A stretch of 64,000 nt of DNA from Octopus vulgaris (GCA_951406725.2 OX597831.1:76322001-76386000), one strand, 5' to 3'; shown: positions 1-16,714, numbered from the stretch's first letter. The notes: generated from the sequence alone by a model not told the origin. Program-made: numbers and translations.

Positions 1-379
1 TTAAATGCCACGTCTTACCTTCGGTAGTTTGGATAATGAGAAAGCCTCCGCGTGGTTTCGCGATTATGCTAGAAATAGCAACCAAATCGCTTTTCCCCTA
101 AATCACATCCTATCGTCTTGGGAAACGTTGAAGAACGTTATCCCTGGTTCTCTGTACATAGAAAAAAAAAATAAAATGAAACAGGATGGTCACAGTTGGA
201 AAGCCTTTGATCATTAGGCTTCACGGAAGCTAAGCAGCAACAACGATACTGCTTTATCTGTTCTGTTTTTTTCCCATGTAGGTCTTTAATGAAGAACCTC
301 TGGAAGGTAACAGCGTCGCCGCCGCTGCCACTACCACAACTGCTACCCGACAGCTCAACACCACAACCGGCACCACCGC

Positions 380-2094
380 GACTACCATCACCACCACCAC
401 CACCACCACCACCATCACCACCCCACCACCATCACCATCAACACCACCACCACCACTACCACCACCACCACCATCACCACCAGCAACACTATTGTCATCA
501 TACCCTCGTCACTGCCTCTTCCACCACCACAACCACCACCACCACCACAACCACCACCACAACCACCACCACCACCACAACCACCACCACCACCACCACC
601 ACCACCACAATCACCACCACCACCACCATCACCACCCCTCCACCATTCCGACAACAACAACAACACAATATTAACCACATTAAAGAGAACAACACCAAAG
701 GCATGAAAGAAGTTTTGTTGTTGTTGCTATTGTTTTGCACCGAATCAACTCTGAACAGGACTTACGATCAAAAAGCATATTCCAGCCGCGACCATCACTT
801 CTTTTCTCCCAGATGTTAAATATGGAGAACTAAACTATTGCATTTAGAGAGGAAGAAATAATAATTAAATGGTAGATTTGGTTGTTACTTCTAGCATGTT
901 GAGAGACCACATAGAGGCACTCTCATTGGATTGTGTTGGTTGTTGTTGATGGTGGTGGTGGTGGAGGTGGTGGTGATGGTGGTGGTTGTGGTAGTACTAG
1001 TGATGGTTGTGGTGGTGGCGGTGGTGGTAGTGGTGGTGGTGGCGGTTGGGATAGTGGTAGTAGTGGTGGTCGTGGTGGTGATGGTGGTGGTTGTGGTAGT
1101 AGTGGTGGTGGTGGTGGATTAGTGGCGGTGGTGATGGTTGGGGTGGTGGTGGTTGTGGTAGTAGTGGTAGTGGTGATGGTGGTGGTTGTGGTGGTACTAG
1201 TGATGGTGGTGTTGGTGGTAGTAGTGGTGGTGGTGGTGTTTGTTGTGGTGATGGTGATGGTGATGGTGGTGGTGGTGGTGGTGGTGATCGTAACACAATC
1301 TTTTAGACAGAACCCAGATCGATATCTGTGTGTGGGTTCGAACAGCAAAGTGTATAAATGTGATGAGGTGAAGGAAAATATGTTGTTTCCTAAGAGAGGG
1401 GTGGGGTGGGGGAGAGATGTCGGGGGTAGGGAGAGGGAGGGTGGGGGGATGAAGGGGTTGATCGAAAGTTCGAACAGTTAAGGAGGCTGAGGATAGGAGA
1501 GGAAGAAGGAGGAGGGGAGGGAGGAAGAGGAAACCGAAGAGAAATGCATAGAAAACTGAAAGAGAGTGAGTGTGAGAGAGAGGGAGAGAGTGAGGGAGAG
1601 TTGTGTGTGTGAGTGTGCGTGTGTGTGTATGAGAGAGTGAGAGGAAGAGAGAGAGTAAGAGGAAGAGAGAGAGAGTGAGAGGAAGAGAGAGAGAGTGAGA
1701 GGAAGAGAGAGAGAGTGAGAGGAAGAGAGAGAGAGTTGTGAGTGTGAGTGTGTGTGTGTGAGGGAGTGAGAGGAAGAGAGAGAGAAAGACTGCGTATGTG
1801 AGAGAGAGAGAGAGAGATAAATAGATAGATAGGGAGAGAGAGAAAAAGAGACGTGCGTGTGACAGTGTGAGAGAAAGAGAGAATGCGTGTGTGTGTGTGT
1901 GTGTATGTGTGTGTGTGAGAGAGAGAGAGAGGGAGAGAGAGTGGGAGAAAGAGAGGCAAACTGAGGGAGACACACAGCTAGGCAGAAGTAAGTAGAAGTA
2001 TAAGCGATTATAATCAGTTGGAATTGACGATGACGATGATGATGATGATGATGATGATGACGACGATGATGACGATGACGATGATGATGATGAT

Positions 2095-2192
<98 letters not shown>

Positions 2193-2211
2193 TGATGACG
2201 ATGACGATGAC

Positions 2212-2263
<52 letters not shown>

Positions 2264-3368
2264 GTGATGATGATGGTGGTGATGGTGGTGGTGGTGGTGC
2301 TGCGGATGACAGCGACGGCGTTGTGTTATGAAATAGTGTTGCTGATGTTGAAAGATGATAATGTTGTCAATATCAGCACATCAGCACCAACAACACACCG
2401 CCGCCACCACCACCGCCACCAGCGCCACCACTGCCACCACCACCACAAGCATCACCAGCGCCACCACCACCACCAGTCTACAACCTCCGCTGCCGTCCCC
2501 ATCTCCACCTGAGACGGAAGGAAACCATGACCTAGTTGTATGTAGGTCAAATCTGTTCAGATTAGAGATGAGAGGTGATGATGTGTACGAGAGTTACCTG
2601 GAGAGTAAGGAGAGAGGGAGAGGTAGGGAGGAAAGATGAGATGGAGAGAGAGAGAGAAAGAGAGAGAGAGGGGGGTGAGTGGAGATGTGGAACAAAGAGA
2701 ATGGAGTGAGGGGAGTTGTGAGGGAGAGTGTAACAGGGAGAGAGAGATAGCAAAGAGAAAATAGACCTAAAGAGAGGAGGAGAGATGGTAGGATGGAAAG
2801 AGGAAGTGAGAGACGTAGAAAAAGAAAGAGAGAGAGGGGGAGGGGGGAGAGAAAAGAGAATGAGTGAGAGGAGTAGTGAGGGAGAGAGAGAGATAGTTAG
2901 CAAAGAGTAAATAGAGCGAGATAAAGGAAGAGGAAGAAGGAGAAATGGTTAAATAGAAAGAGAGAGAGAGAGAGAGAGAAATGTAGAGAAAGAAAGGTAG
3001 AGAGAGGAGAGAGAGGGTGGATAGATGGAGGAGTAGCGAGGGATTGATAGAAAGAGTGTTTTAAAGAGAGAGGAAGAGGGTGAGAGAGACGCAGAATGAA
3101 AGAGATTTAGAGAGAGAGAGAAAGAAAGAAAGAAAGAGAGAGAAAGAAAGGGAGAGAGAAAGAAAGGGAGAGAGAAAGAAAGGGAGAGATAATGTGAGAG
3201 AGAGATAGGAATAGAACAATAGAAAAAGTGTGTGTGTGTGTGTGTGTGTGCGTGTGCGTGTGTGTGTGTATTTAAGATGAAATAGAAGGGAAAGACAGGA
3301 AGACGAAGAAGAAGACGAAGAAGAAGAAGAAGAAGAAGAAGAAGAAGAAGAAGAAGAAAAAAGAAGAA

Positions 3369-3399
<31 letters not shown>

Positions 3400-3450
3400 A
3401 AGAAGAAGAAGAAAAAGAAGAATAAGAAGAAGAAGAAGAAGAAGAAGAGT
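380..3450. repeat. Compound microsatellites (CCA)n, (GGT)n, (GA)n, (GAT/GAC)n, (GAA)n
   Basis: Directly visible; similar tracts at 17265-17855, 27068-27350, 43245-43700, 60665-61720 and elsewhere. Confidence 0.95.
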
Positions 3451-3915
3451 TGTGAGTGTGGATATCTACATTTACTTGTGCATGCGCATGTGTTCATACA
3501 TGCGTATATTCATATATAAATATTTGCATATATTTATTATTCTTAAACAAGGAAACTATTGGCAGTGACTTTCAAGTTTCGAGTCGTTAACTTATCGACT
3601 AACGATAGATGACTTCGAAGTCACAGTCAGTAACACTCTGCTTAAGAAGAATAAATTTCTACTCTACAAATGCATAAAGTAACCCATCAGATTAATGCAA
3701 AATGATCTGATATCACTGAACATAAAAACAAATGTTTACATGCATACACACACAGCCCCCCACACACACACATGTAGGTATGTATAATATCCCAGAAACA
3801 GGTGTAAGTCTATAGCTCTTTCCTTATAAATGTCCTGAAAAACGCCTCACAGCCTTGGCTTTCTTATCTGTTTCTGTCTAATATGTATGCATCTCTTTCT
3901 CTCTCGCTATATATA

Positions 3916-3951
<36 letters not shown>

Positions 3952-3956
<5 letters not shown>

Positions 3957-4375
3957 AGGTTTGGAGATGATGTACAGGAATTATATATTAGAAGAAATGA
4001 GGTAATCAGATGATCGGATGGTTTATATTTACAGATATTTATTTATATATTATATATTTTACATATATATCATATCATTTAGATCATTAGCGCTTTCTCC
4101 CATTCTAGTGGGGTTTTCAAATCAAAATAAGTTCCTTTGTGGGGAATTTTAATCATTTTATAGAGTTTCGTAGTGGTGGGGAGGAATATAAGACACTACG
4201 AAACTCTATAAAATGATTAAAATTCCCCACAAAGGAACTTATTTTGATTTGAAAACCCCACTAGAATGGGAGAAAGCACTAATGATCTAAATGATATGAT
4301 ATATATGTAAAATATGTAATATATAAATAAATATCTGTAAATATAAACCATCTGATCCCCTGATTACCTCATTTC

Positions 4376-4385
<10 letters not shown>
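3952..4385 (-). mobile_element. Fold-back element, ~190-bp arms, in (TA)n
   Basis: Arms ~3984-4175 / 4194-4385 with few mismatches, 18-nt spacer, unpaired tail 3952-3983. Confidence 0.85.
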
Positions 4386-4867
<482 letters not shown>

Positions 4868-4946
4868 GAAGCCGTAAGGCTTCATTTCCACACACGCCAG
4901 CTGAATTCAATTCGTCCCCAGTCGAAAGACACCTGTTGTTATGACC

Positions 4947-5044
<98 letters not shown>

Positions 5045-5049
5045 TTATT

Positions 5050-5360
5050 ATTTTTATTGTATTTTGTATTTATGTTCGTGTAACATCGTTTTTTTTTCTC
5101 TGCCCTTGTTTTCGTATACATTCGATGCTTTCTTCCAAGGAATCTAATGCTCTTAGCTTAGTTTTTCCTTGGGGCTGGCCAAATTGGAGTCAAGATTAAT
5201 CAGCCGAAATTGCGAGGATGATCCAGTTCTTGACTGAGGATAGGAAGCTTCGAATGACCCGTCCTTGTTTTTTTTGTATCATCTATCTTGATGTTTTGTT
5301 GTCCCCTTTTGTATCACCTAGTTGTCCGGATATTTTGCGATCTTGTCACATTTTGTATTT

Positions 5361-5363
<3 letters not shown>
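5050..5363 (+). mobile_element. (TA)n-tailed structured repeat; inverted copy at 30335-30590
   Basis: Shared TTCCAAGGAATCTAATGCTCTTAGCTTAGTTTTTCCTTGGGGCTGGCC..CAGCCGAAATTGC..CTTCGAATGACCC. Confidence 0.75.
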
Positions 5364-5399
<36 letters not shown>

Positions 5400-6126
5400 C
5401 GACAATGTAAACTTCATTTAATCAAGATAGCCTCGGCTTGCAGAGTAGCCTTGCGGTATACATTTCGCTTGGATATTTACAACTTCCGGGGTTCCGCTCA
5501 CTATGAAACATACGTAGCCTGGATTTTTATCTATTCCATTCTTTAACTCTTGGATATGTGTGTATACACCCCCACCACACGCACGCATACACACATACAT
5601 ACATACATACATACATACATACATACATACATACATACATACATACATACATACACACACACGATTTCATTTGAATGAAACAGTTCTAGTCCTGTAGAAG
5701 CTCCTTCTATAAAATAAATTAATTTACTCTGCCATGTATTGAGTACCTTATTTACTGTGGTTAACCCCGACTCAATCCGGGACCTACATATATATATATA
5801 TATATAGATATATATATACGAACTAAAGTGTAAAATTTATATTACTAAAAAATTAAAAAGTAAGAATTTAAACTGATTAGAACTACCACTGATGTTCTTC
5901 TTTTTCCATTTTCTAATACACCTAACTGTACCAAGGATCTCACACATTTCCTAATATATGTGGCTGTGTGGTAAGTAGCTTGTTTACAAACCACATGGAT
6001 CCGAGTTCAATCTCACTGCATGCCACCTTGTGCAAGTGTCTTCTACTGTAGCCTCGGGCCGACCAAAACCTTGTGAGTGCATTTGGCAGACGGAAACGGA
6101 AGCCCGTCGTATATATATATATATTA

Positions 6127-6682
6127 TGTCAGGTTACTTTTGAGTGCTACTGGTAACATGTAACCCAGTACAACCTGTTGCATGGTCGGGTCGTCGGAGA
6201 CTAAACCGCAACCCCACCAAGCTTGCTTGGTGAGGAGGGTGTTTATTGGACACCCTGCGGGATGAAAAACAAAACCCGTCAAAGGGCGGAGGAACTCTTG
6301 AGAGTCAACGGCCATCCAATAAATGTCTTAAGGCTGTATCATGCGCGGGGACATAGAAATAATCGGACTCAATACCCGATCGCGCGGTTAAACCATTGGG
6401 AGTGAAGGACTCCTAGCCTTTGTCAGGGCATCCTTCTAGGAGAAGGTAACTCAGGTAACTGGGATAACTCCGACATAAAACCTGCAGCTCAGTGGTTACC
6501 GATGATGTTGACTTGTTCTTCTTTTCGGATTATTGCTGCTCTTGCTTAGTGAGTGGGATTGACTCAGTGCACAGCCTTTCCTCACTTAAAAAAAATCTTC
6601 TTGTACAGTCATTGCACGATAACAACATTGATTAAGCTTCGTGCAATGGCCATACTCGATAACGAGGGGGCAGCCACCATAT
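6127..6682 (+). mobile_element. Non-autonomous retroelement with RTE-like 5'UTR segment; 3' end inverted at 36110-36185
   Basis: GGGCATCCTTCTAGGAGAAGGTAACTC resembles RTE 5'UTR motif; the ~75-bp 3' end ..GCCACCAT(ATGT) recurs. Confidence 0.5.
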
Positions 6683-6694
6683 GTATATATGGTG

Positions 6695-7283
<589 letters not shown>

Positions 7284-7853
7284 TTTCTCATATATACCTA
7301 TATATATATTTCTGTATATACACTTTTCTATATCAGTGATCCTCTTGATTAACAGAGAATAGAAAACAGAACCAGGTTCGTCCTGCACTGAGAAGACCTA
7401 CCATCAAATATGTTCCAAAAGTGACTGCCCAGTCATTCTTTCCCGTGCATTAGACATTTAGCATGTATTGAAATGGATTCTTTCGCTTTTGAAGACTGCC
7501 TGGCGCATAGCATGTGAGGGAGATTCGGTTTTCATTTCTAGCAGCTCATTAGACCACATGCTGGTTCAATCACTGGCTCCGTTGGTGAGGTATTTCTCAG
7601 GATTCTCTGAACTGAATAATTAAAATTCTGTGTTTCTTTCGAAAGAGCCCCAAAGGGAATAACAAGAGAGGCAACAGATACGCTACATACACACATACAT
7701 ATACACACACATACATACATACATTCATACATACATACATACACACATGCACCCACAAGCATTCATGCATTCACATATATACATGTATGCGTGTACATAC
7801 GTAAATGTATATACATATATTCATGCATACACGCACATATTACCACTACAAGA

Positions 7854-7900
<47 letters not shown>

Positions 7901-7901
7901 A

Positions 7902-7956
<55 letters not shown>

Positions 7957-8238
7957 AGTTCAGAGGTGCCCCATAGGCGAAGCTAAAGAATGTGCAAAAA
8001 TGGTAAAGCGTACATAAATTGTTTATTTTTTCACCTGTTTCACTCATCAGACTGCGGCCATGCTGGGGCACCGCCTTGAAGAATTTTATTCGAACAAATC
8101 TACCCCAGTATTTTTTGTTTTTTTTAACCTTGATGCTTAATCTATTAGTTTCTCTCTTTTTTCTGTTTTGTTTTTGCAAAATCGCTAAATTGTGGGAACG
8201 AAAACGAACCAAGACCGGTTGTCAAATATATATATATA

Positions 8239-9373
<1,135 letters not shown>

Positions 9374-9660
9374 TATATAGAAGGAGCTTCATATAAAGCT
9401 TTTGGTCGGCCCGTGGCTATAGCAGAAGACACTTGCTCAAGGTGCTACGCAGTGGGGCTGAACCCAGAACCATGTGGTTGGGAAGTAAGCTTCTTACCAC
9501 ACAGTCACTCCTACATATACATGCACACACACACGCACACACACACACACATACACACATATAAAGCTTTTGAAGCTCCTTCTATATAATAAATTAATTT
9601 TACTCTGCTATGTATTGAGTACCTTATTTACTGTGGTTAACCCCGAATCAACCCGGGACC

Positions 9661-9691
<31 letters not shown>

Positions 9692-10302
9692 ACACACACG
9701 CACATACACTTACACACACAGACACTCACACAAACACACACATATATCTCTATTTATAAAACTGAAATGCGAAAAGTTAGTTTGTTTGTCTGGAACGGTT
9801 TAAAGGCCATAAGTCTATATATGTATGTATATTATAGTGTACTTTAAATATTTACCTCTCACTGGATAGAGTACATTTTACTGATAACGGAACAATATGT
9901 GCATGTGTGTGTGTGCGTGTGTGTGTGTGTGTGTGTGTGCATGTATATGTAGGAGTGACTGTGTGGTAAGAAGCTTCCTTCCCAACCACATGGTTCTGGG
10001 TTCAGTCCCACTGCGTAGCACCTTGAGCAAGTGTCTTCTGCTATAGCCACGAGCCGACCAAAACCTTGTGAGTAGATGTGCTAGACCGAAACAGAAAGAG
10101 GCTCGACGTATATATATTTATATGTTTGTCTGTGTGTCTGTGTTTGTCCTCCCTCCATCGTTTGACAACCCATGTAAATTAGCGGTTCGGCAGAACAGAC
10201 CGACAGAGTACGTACTAGGCTTACAAAGAATTTGTTCGACTAAAGGTGGTGCCCCAGCATGGCCGCAGTCAAATAACTGAAACAAATAAAAGAAAGAATA
10301 TA

Positions 10303-10346
<44 letters not shown>

Positions 10347-10685
10347 GCTGAGACCCCCTTCGGTCATGACTGACCATGGGATTGCACTTAGAAAGTTACC
10401 TTCCCAGGCACAAGTCCGGGCAAGGTTGTTTTAATAGAAGACCAGCAGTCGCCCATGCATATCGGCCTCCCCTCTCCACACCACTGATGTTATCCAAGGG
10501 AAAGGCAAAGGGGCCGACACAGCTTGGCACCTGTGACGTCGCAACTCATTTCTACAGCTGAGTGAACTGGAGCAACGTGAAATAAAGTGTCTTGCTCAAA
10601 AACACAACACGCAGCCCGGTCCAGGATTCGAACTCACAACCTCACGATCGTAAGCTCGACGCTCTAACCACTGAGCCATGCGATA

Positions 10686-11152
10686 TATAATATCAATAAT
10701 AATAAAGGGTAAAATTAATCAATTAATAATTAATAATTTTACCAAACAGTTCGGTATGTTAAAAGGCCCATTTTCGGTAACCTTATACAAAAATTCTATA
10801 ATTATAATCATAATTATAATTAGGGTTCAGCAATACTGCTTCACCGCATACCGAAATGTAGAAATAGCAGTTAAATACTATTCTCAAATTTATGATTGAA
10901 ATACTATACTGAAGACGGAAATAAGTGAGTAAAAATAAAATTTTGCATCTCTTTAATCCAGAAACGCGTATATAGTTGATCAAAGCCGGGTGGATTCGTT
11001 ATTTTTTCTCTTTACTTGCGTGAGTTGGGAGTATTGCTGTCTGGGAGATATCTTATGGTAGTGGAATAGTATTTAACTGCTATTTCTATATTTCGGTATG
11101 TGGTGAAGCAACTTTGCTGAACCCTAATTATAATTATGCTTATAATTATAGA

Positions 11153-11156
<4 letters not shown>
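10686..11156. mobile_element. HHR-containing fold-back element
   Basis: Inverted arms ~10792-10884 / 11064-11156 enclose the HHR; ~100-nt unpaired extension on the left; TA flanks. Confidence 0.8.
10903..10976 (+). ncRNA. Type I hammerhead ribozyme (Penelope-type, minimal palindromic stem III)
   Basis: Stem I ACTATA/TATAGT, core CTGAAGA, stem II cGGA..TCCa with extended hairpin, GAAAC-GC-GTA; predicted cut after 10970. Confidence 0.85.
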
Positions 11157-11187
<31 letters not shown>

Positions 11188-11229
11188 TGTGTGTGAGAGT
11201 ATATAGACATAGACACACGCACACGCACA

Positions 11230-11285
<56 letters not shown>

Positions 11286-11339
11286 CACATTTGGTAGGAG
11301 TTACATGTATTTTTTAAATAACATTTTGACTCAGCTCCG

Positions 11340-11389
11340 CATGACTTAAAGTTTCGTAGGCAGGCAGGACGCGTCCACCTCATCAGATA
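11340..11389 (-). ncRNA. Type I hammerhead ribozyme in a small fold-back element (11291-11458)
   Basis: Minus strand reads TAT CTGATGA g GTGG..CTAC GAAAC TTTAA GTC ATG; GUC triplet; flanking inverted arms ~11318-11361 / 11414-11458. Confidence 0.7.
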
Positions 11390-11601
11390 ATTGGAGATGA
11401 CCGTGTTCTACGCGCCCACGAAACTTTAAGTCATGTGGACCTGAGTCAAACTGTTATTATACACACTCACCCCGCCCACACACACACACACGTACACATT
11501 CACACCTAAACATATATATACGCAGAATGACAGAGGGCGGAAGTGAGAAGGTAGTTCTATAGACTGATAGTTTATATATATATATATATACATCCATATA
11601 C

Positions 11602-11636
<35 letters not shown>

Positions 11637-11708
11637 TGGTGGGTTTTTGACAAGCTACATGACTGCTGATATATATATATATATATACAAACAAACACAC
11701 ACACACAC

Positions 11709-11753
<45 letters not shown>

Positions 11754-11772
11754 TATATATACAGTATATTAT

Positions 11773-11861
<89 letters not shown>

Positions 11862-11960
11862 ATAAATAGATAGTTATATATGTGTGTGTGTGTGCGTGTT
11901 TTACTTTTTCTATTTTCCTTTCTCTCTCTCTCATTCATTCACCGTCCCCCCTTCCTCCAC

Positions 11961-11997
<37 letters not shown>

Positions 11998-12625
11998 CCT
12001 TCTTCCAAATTTAATTTTCTCCGTAAATGTCAACGACATTGCCAATAGAGTTACTCTCGTGCTCTGCTTCTTCTCTTTATGGAAAAAAAAGGCCGTGTGT
12101 GGGTGGGGACAAGGAGAGAAGGGGGAGAAGGGGGAGAAGTGTGTGGTTCTTCCACATCCGGATCGTTGCTTATTTGTGATGTCTTTATTGTCATCATCAT
12201 CATTATCATCATTATCATCATCCTATTCGTCGTAATTGTTCTTGTTTTCATTGAATTCTTCGTTGTCGTTCTTTTCGCTGTCATCATCATCATCATCGTT
12301 GTCATCGCCGTCCTTGTCATTCATTATAGTCAACATCGGCGGCGGCGGCTCTATCGTCGTCTTCCTCGTCGTCATCGTCGTCGTTGCCGTCATCATGAAG
12401 TTGATGATGATGATGATGATAACAACGACGACGACGATGACCATCATCATCGTCGTCGTCGTTATGATCATGATCATCATCGTCATCGTCTTCATCATCA
12501 TCGTTATTATCGTTCTTATTTAGCCCCAGGTTAACATATGTCCGAGCAGATTTATTTATCGTGATTATTATTTATTTTCATCCCTTTTTTAAGGAGTTAG
12601 AACTTGTTGACAGAAATTTCGTTGC

Positions 12626-12670
<45 letters not shown>

Positions 12671-12768
12671 ATATTTCGGAATGGTCATTTTGCCAGTTTA
12701 GCCAATAAAAACATCACAAATAAGCAACTTCACATAAAAAATCTTGCACAACAAATATATAAACGTAC

Positions 12769-12825
<57 letters not shown>

Positions 12826-12971
12826 TAAAATGGAGGACAAGAGATGGAACGTCCGGTTGTGGTGTCCTTTACTCACGTATATTTATTTATATATGCATGT
12901 ATATATACATGTAGATGTAGGTACGTACATATATGTTTGTATGTATGAATATATTTTAATTATTACATATA

Positions 12972-13056
<85 letters not shown>

Positions 13057-13294
13057 GATGGACTCCCCTGCCGAAGACGACGTATTGAGCATTGAGCTTT
13101 TGTCGAACGATCAAATGTTCATGCTGCACATTAGCTCAACCCTCTGCTAAATCGACCGCACGACGTATCACGTGACGAAATGATCGTAGACCACCGTGAG
13201 TTGATGTTTTGCTCAAGACCACAACACTCACCGCCAGGTCTAGGAATCGAAATCACGATCGCTAGATCGTGAGTGCAAAGCCCTTACCACTAAA

Positions 13295-13778
13295 CCGTAT
13301 ACAATAATCGAAAGTTCTACTGCGACGTTTTGAAGCGTTTGAGGGAGGACAGTCAGCGAAAGGAACCGGATCGGTGGAGAGCAAAGAATTGGTTTCTTCA
13401 CGATGACAGTGCAACATGGCACCTAGCTCTCTTTACTCGTGAGTTTCTCGCCCAAAACAATATGGTTTCACTTTCGCACCCGTCCTATTCACCAAATTTA
13501 GCATCTGCGGACTTCCATCTTTTCTCCAAGATGAAAAAAAACAGCTCAAAGGTCACCGCTTTAATACTGTTGTAGAGATCCTGAGCAAATCGCAGAAGGG
13601 CCTCGACTCACTTACAAAAAACAACTTCGAGACCGAGTTCCAAAAGTGGCAGGAAGGCTGGGACCGGTGTATTGGTGCGCAAGGTGACTGTTTCAAAAGA
13701 GATGAGGTTACAACTTATGTAAATAATTTATTTTTTATTAAACATAACTAGTCCTGGAACTTTCTGATATCACCTAGG
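13295..13778 (+). pseudogene. 3' fragment of a mariner transposase/element
   Basis: ORF 13330-13575: LKRLRE..WFLHDDSATWH..HPSYSPNLASADFHLFSKMK (degenerate HDNA and YSPDLAPSDF motifs); ends in a TIR-like GGAACTTTCTGATATCACCT. Confidence 0.85.
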
Positions 13779-14093
13779 ATATATATATGAAATCAAGAAT
13801 GGATTGTATATGATATAATCTATACTTGTTTTCATTCATTCCTGTGCAATATACGCTTGGAAACTGACATATTGCTTATATATACGTAAACTTACATACG
13901 TGTATATATAGATATATACATACAGGAGTGGCTGTGTGGTAAGTAGCTTGCTAACCAACCACATGGTTCCGGGTTCAGTCCCCCTGCGTGGCATCTTGGG
14001 CAAGTGTCTTCTACTATAGCCTTGGGCCGACCAATGCCTTGTGAGTGGATTTGGTAGACGGAAACTGAAAGAAGTCCGTCGTATATATGTATA

Positions 14094-14164
<71 letters not shown>

Positions 14165-14165
<1 letters not shown>

Positions 14166-15330
14166 AATTGAGATAGGGGTTATAAATGCAACCCTCCATG
14201 GGATAACATATATCCAATATACTGCTAGTGAAGTACCCAACAAAGTTAATACATAATTGTTAAGGATTGCGATGCAATCAATTCAGTTACTGTATTATAT
14301 GGGCAAAGGTAAAATGATTTACTACAAATTACTAATACAAGATAAGAAAATGGAGAAATACATCTAAATCAAATATCAATTACCAGATAATACTCAATCA
14401 CATACTTTATTAAACCACCACATAAGGGACTGTAGGGTTAAACATAAAAAAGCAGAACAAATCAGTGTACATAAAGGAATGTACATAAAAAAGTGTATAT
14501 AAAAGAGTAATGTTGTATAATAAGTAGAATATATATAAAAAAGAGAATATACATATAAGTAAATATAAATATAAGTATAGATTACATCTTACTGCTGTTT
14601 CGGCCATGTAGATAAGTATGTCTCATTTTACCAATATTAGCCTTTTATGGTTGGTCAATATATAGATATAAATGAGACATTTACAAAAATATCATAAGGC
14701 CTCTTCGGAGATTATGTGATATAAATCAGTCCACATATATACCCATACTGTTGTGGGTACATACCCATAATACAACATATACATGTACATATGAGTGCAT
14801 ATACTCACACTTCTATACATATAAAAATATACATATACATAATGATGTAAATAAATAATATAAATTAGTAAACATATATACGTTCCACATTCAATGTTTC
14901 AGTTTTCAACTTAATATTGTGATGATAAACATACACAAATTAGTACCTAGATGCAAATATACATAGTCAATATTACATTATATTACTTCCTACTAATTTC
15001 TAAAGTGTCATTAAAGTTAGCATCATTATCGTTGTCAATACCATTAATGCTACCATTATTATCATTCATAATATTATTAATAACGCTTACATTAGGATCC
15101 AAAGTGGCACATATGTATGTCCGGGTTCAAGTTAGTAATTTTCCTTATGACATAAATACACTATTGGATTTGAAAAGCATACACATCCACATCCAACCCT
15201 AAACCCACACATCCACACAAAAACTCACACACACATGAATACACCCCGACACATCCCTACACATTCACTAAATTGCAGAGTGTATGTCTGTCATCGCATG
15301 GCTTATAGACAAATCAGTTCGGGCAGCAGT
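14165..15330 (-). mobile_element. AT-rich HHR-bearing element abutting (TA)n; right boundary uncertain
   Basis: Starts at a (TA)n tract, HHR at 14586-14712, no ORF. Confidence 0.45.
14586..14712 (-). ncRNA. Hammerhead variant (CCGAAGA core) with ~100-nt stem II
   Basis: Minus strand reads ATCT CCGAAGA GGCC..ATGTCTCATTT..AAATGAGACAT..GGCC GAAAC AGCA GTA AGAT. Confidence 0.7.
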
Positions 15331-15538
15331 GTCTAAACACTAACACACACACTCACACGCACATCCGCATATACCCATAAATATTAATACACTCTCATAT
15401 ACTGTGTCAGGGAACATTCGCACACATATATACATATTTAAATATATATCTGCACACTCATACGTACAGATAAAACCTATACTTATATCCACCCATGAAT
15501 AAAAATTCGCATATACATATATACATATCCAAATACAC

Positions 15539-15591
<53 letters not shown>

Positions 15592-15688
15592 AACATATAT
15601 AAATATATACATAAATATATTCTGTATATAAATATAGAAATACATATAAATATATATATAGATATTTTACATATCAATCATACACACA

Positions 15689-15765
<77 letters not shown>

Positions 15766-15864
15766 TAACAAATACACCACAAAATCTCATACAACGTACA
15801 AACCAATTCGCGCATAATCACACTCAGAAATATATATATTGAAGATTATAACTGTATATGTATG

Positions 15865-15903
<39 letters not shown>

Positions 15904-16580
15904 TTACGCATAATTTAAGCCCTTCTCTCTTCTGCACACACACACCCACGCTCAACTCACCCAGCCCCCATTTCTCTCCTTCTCCCTCTCTCTCTCTCTC
16001 TCTCTCCCTCTTGCTCAAATATGACACTTTCATAAGGTACAGATTGCTAATTTGAGCTATTTCAACACCCCCTCCACACACTTACACACGCGCGCTCGCG
16101 CTCACATACACACACCAGCATGTGCGCATAAACATACATATAAGAATATGCATATTTATATATATATATAGAGAGAGAAACACACACACACACACACACA
16201 CACATACACACACACACAGTTGTACGCATACGCACATGTACTCTCACACATACACATGTATATATGTTACACGCATACGCACACACAGTATGACAAACCC
16301 AGGCATAAACATACGCTCACACGTACACACGTGTTGATATATATATACACGCACATGTAAATGTATACAAATACATACACGTGGAGACTCATACGCATAC
16401 TTATATACTCGTGTGACATAAATACATACGCAAGTAGACATATACATGTATACACACACACATAAGCGTATACATACACACATGCACGCACGCACACACA
16501 TATATTCTAAGTCACACGCACATACTGAAATACATATATACACATATTAACATCTGTACATACATGCAAACATACCATCG

Positions 16581-16621
<41 letters not shown>

Positions 16622-16714
16622 AATTATGTACATATGCAGAAATAAGTACATAAATACACATAGATGTGTACGCATACATGCAAGCATATCGATGCATGCA
16701 CACGCATGCATACA

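Noticed and set aside
289-3497. Long poly-His/Thr/Pro/Val/Met ORFs (also 43241-43756, 60503-61853 and the YI/CV/HT ORFs)
   Set aside because: Translations of microsatellites, open in several frames on both strands, with no domain.
6270-6315. HDV-like ribozyme in the RTE-like element (CCC-loop-GGG, ACTCTTGAGAGT-CAA)
   Set aside because: P1, P1.1 and P2 pairings could not be assigned.
13065-13190. CCGAAGA-CGAC..GTCGAACGATC hammerhead-like remnant
   Set aside because: GAAA incomplete, with no UH or stem I; at most a decayed relic.
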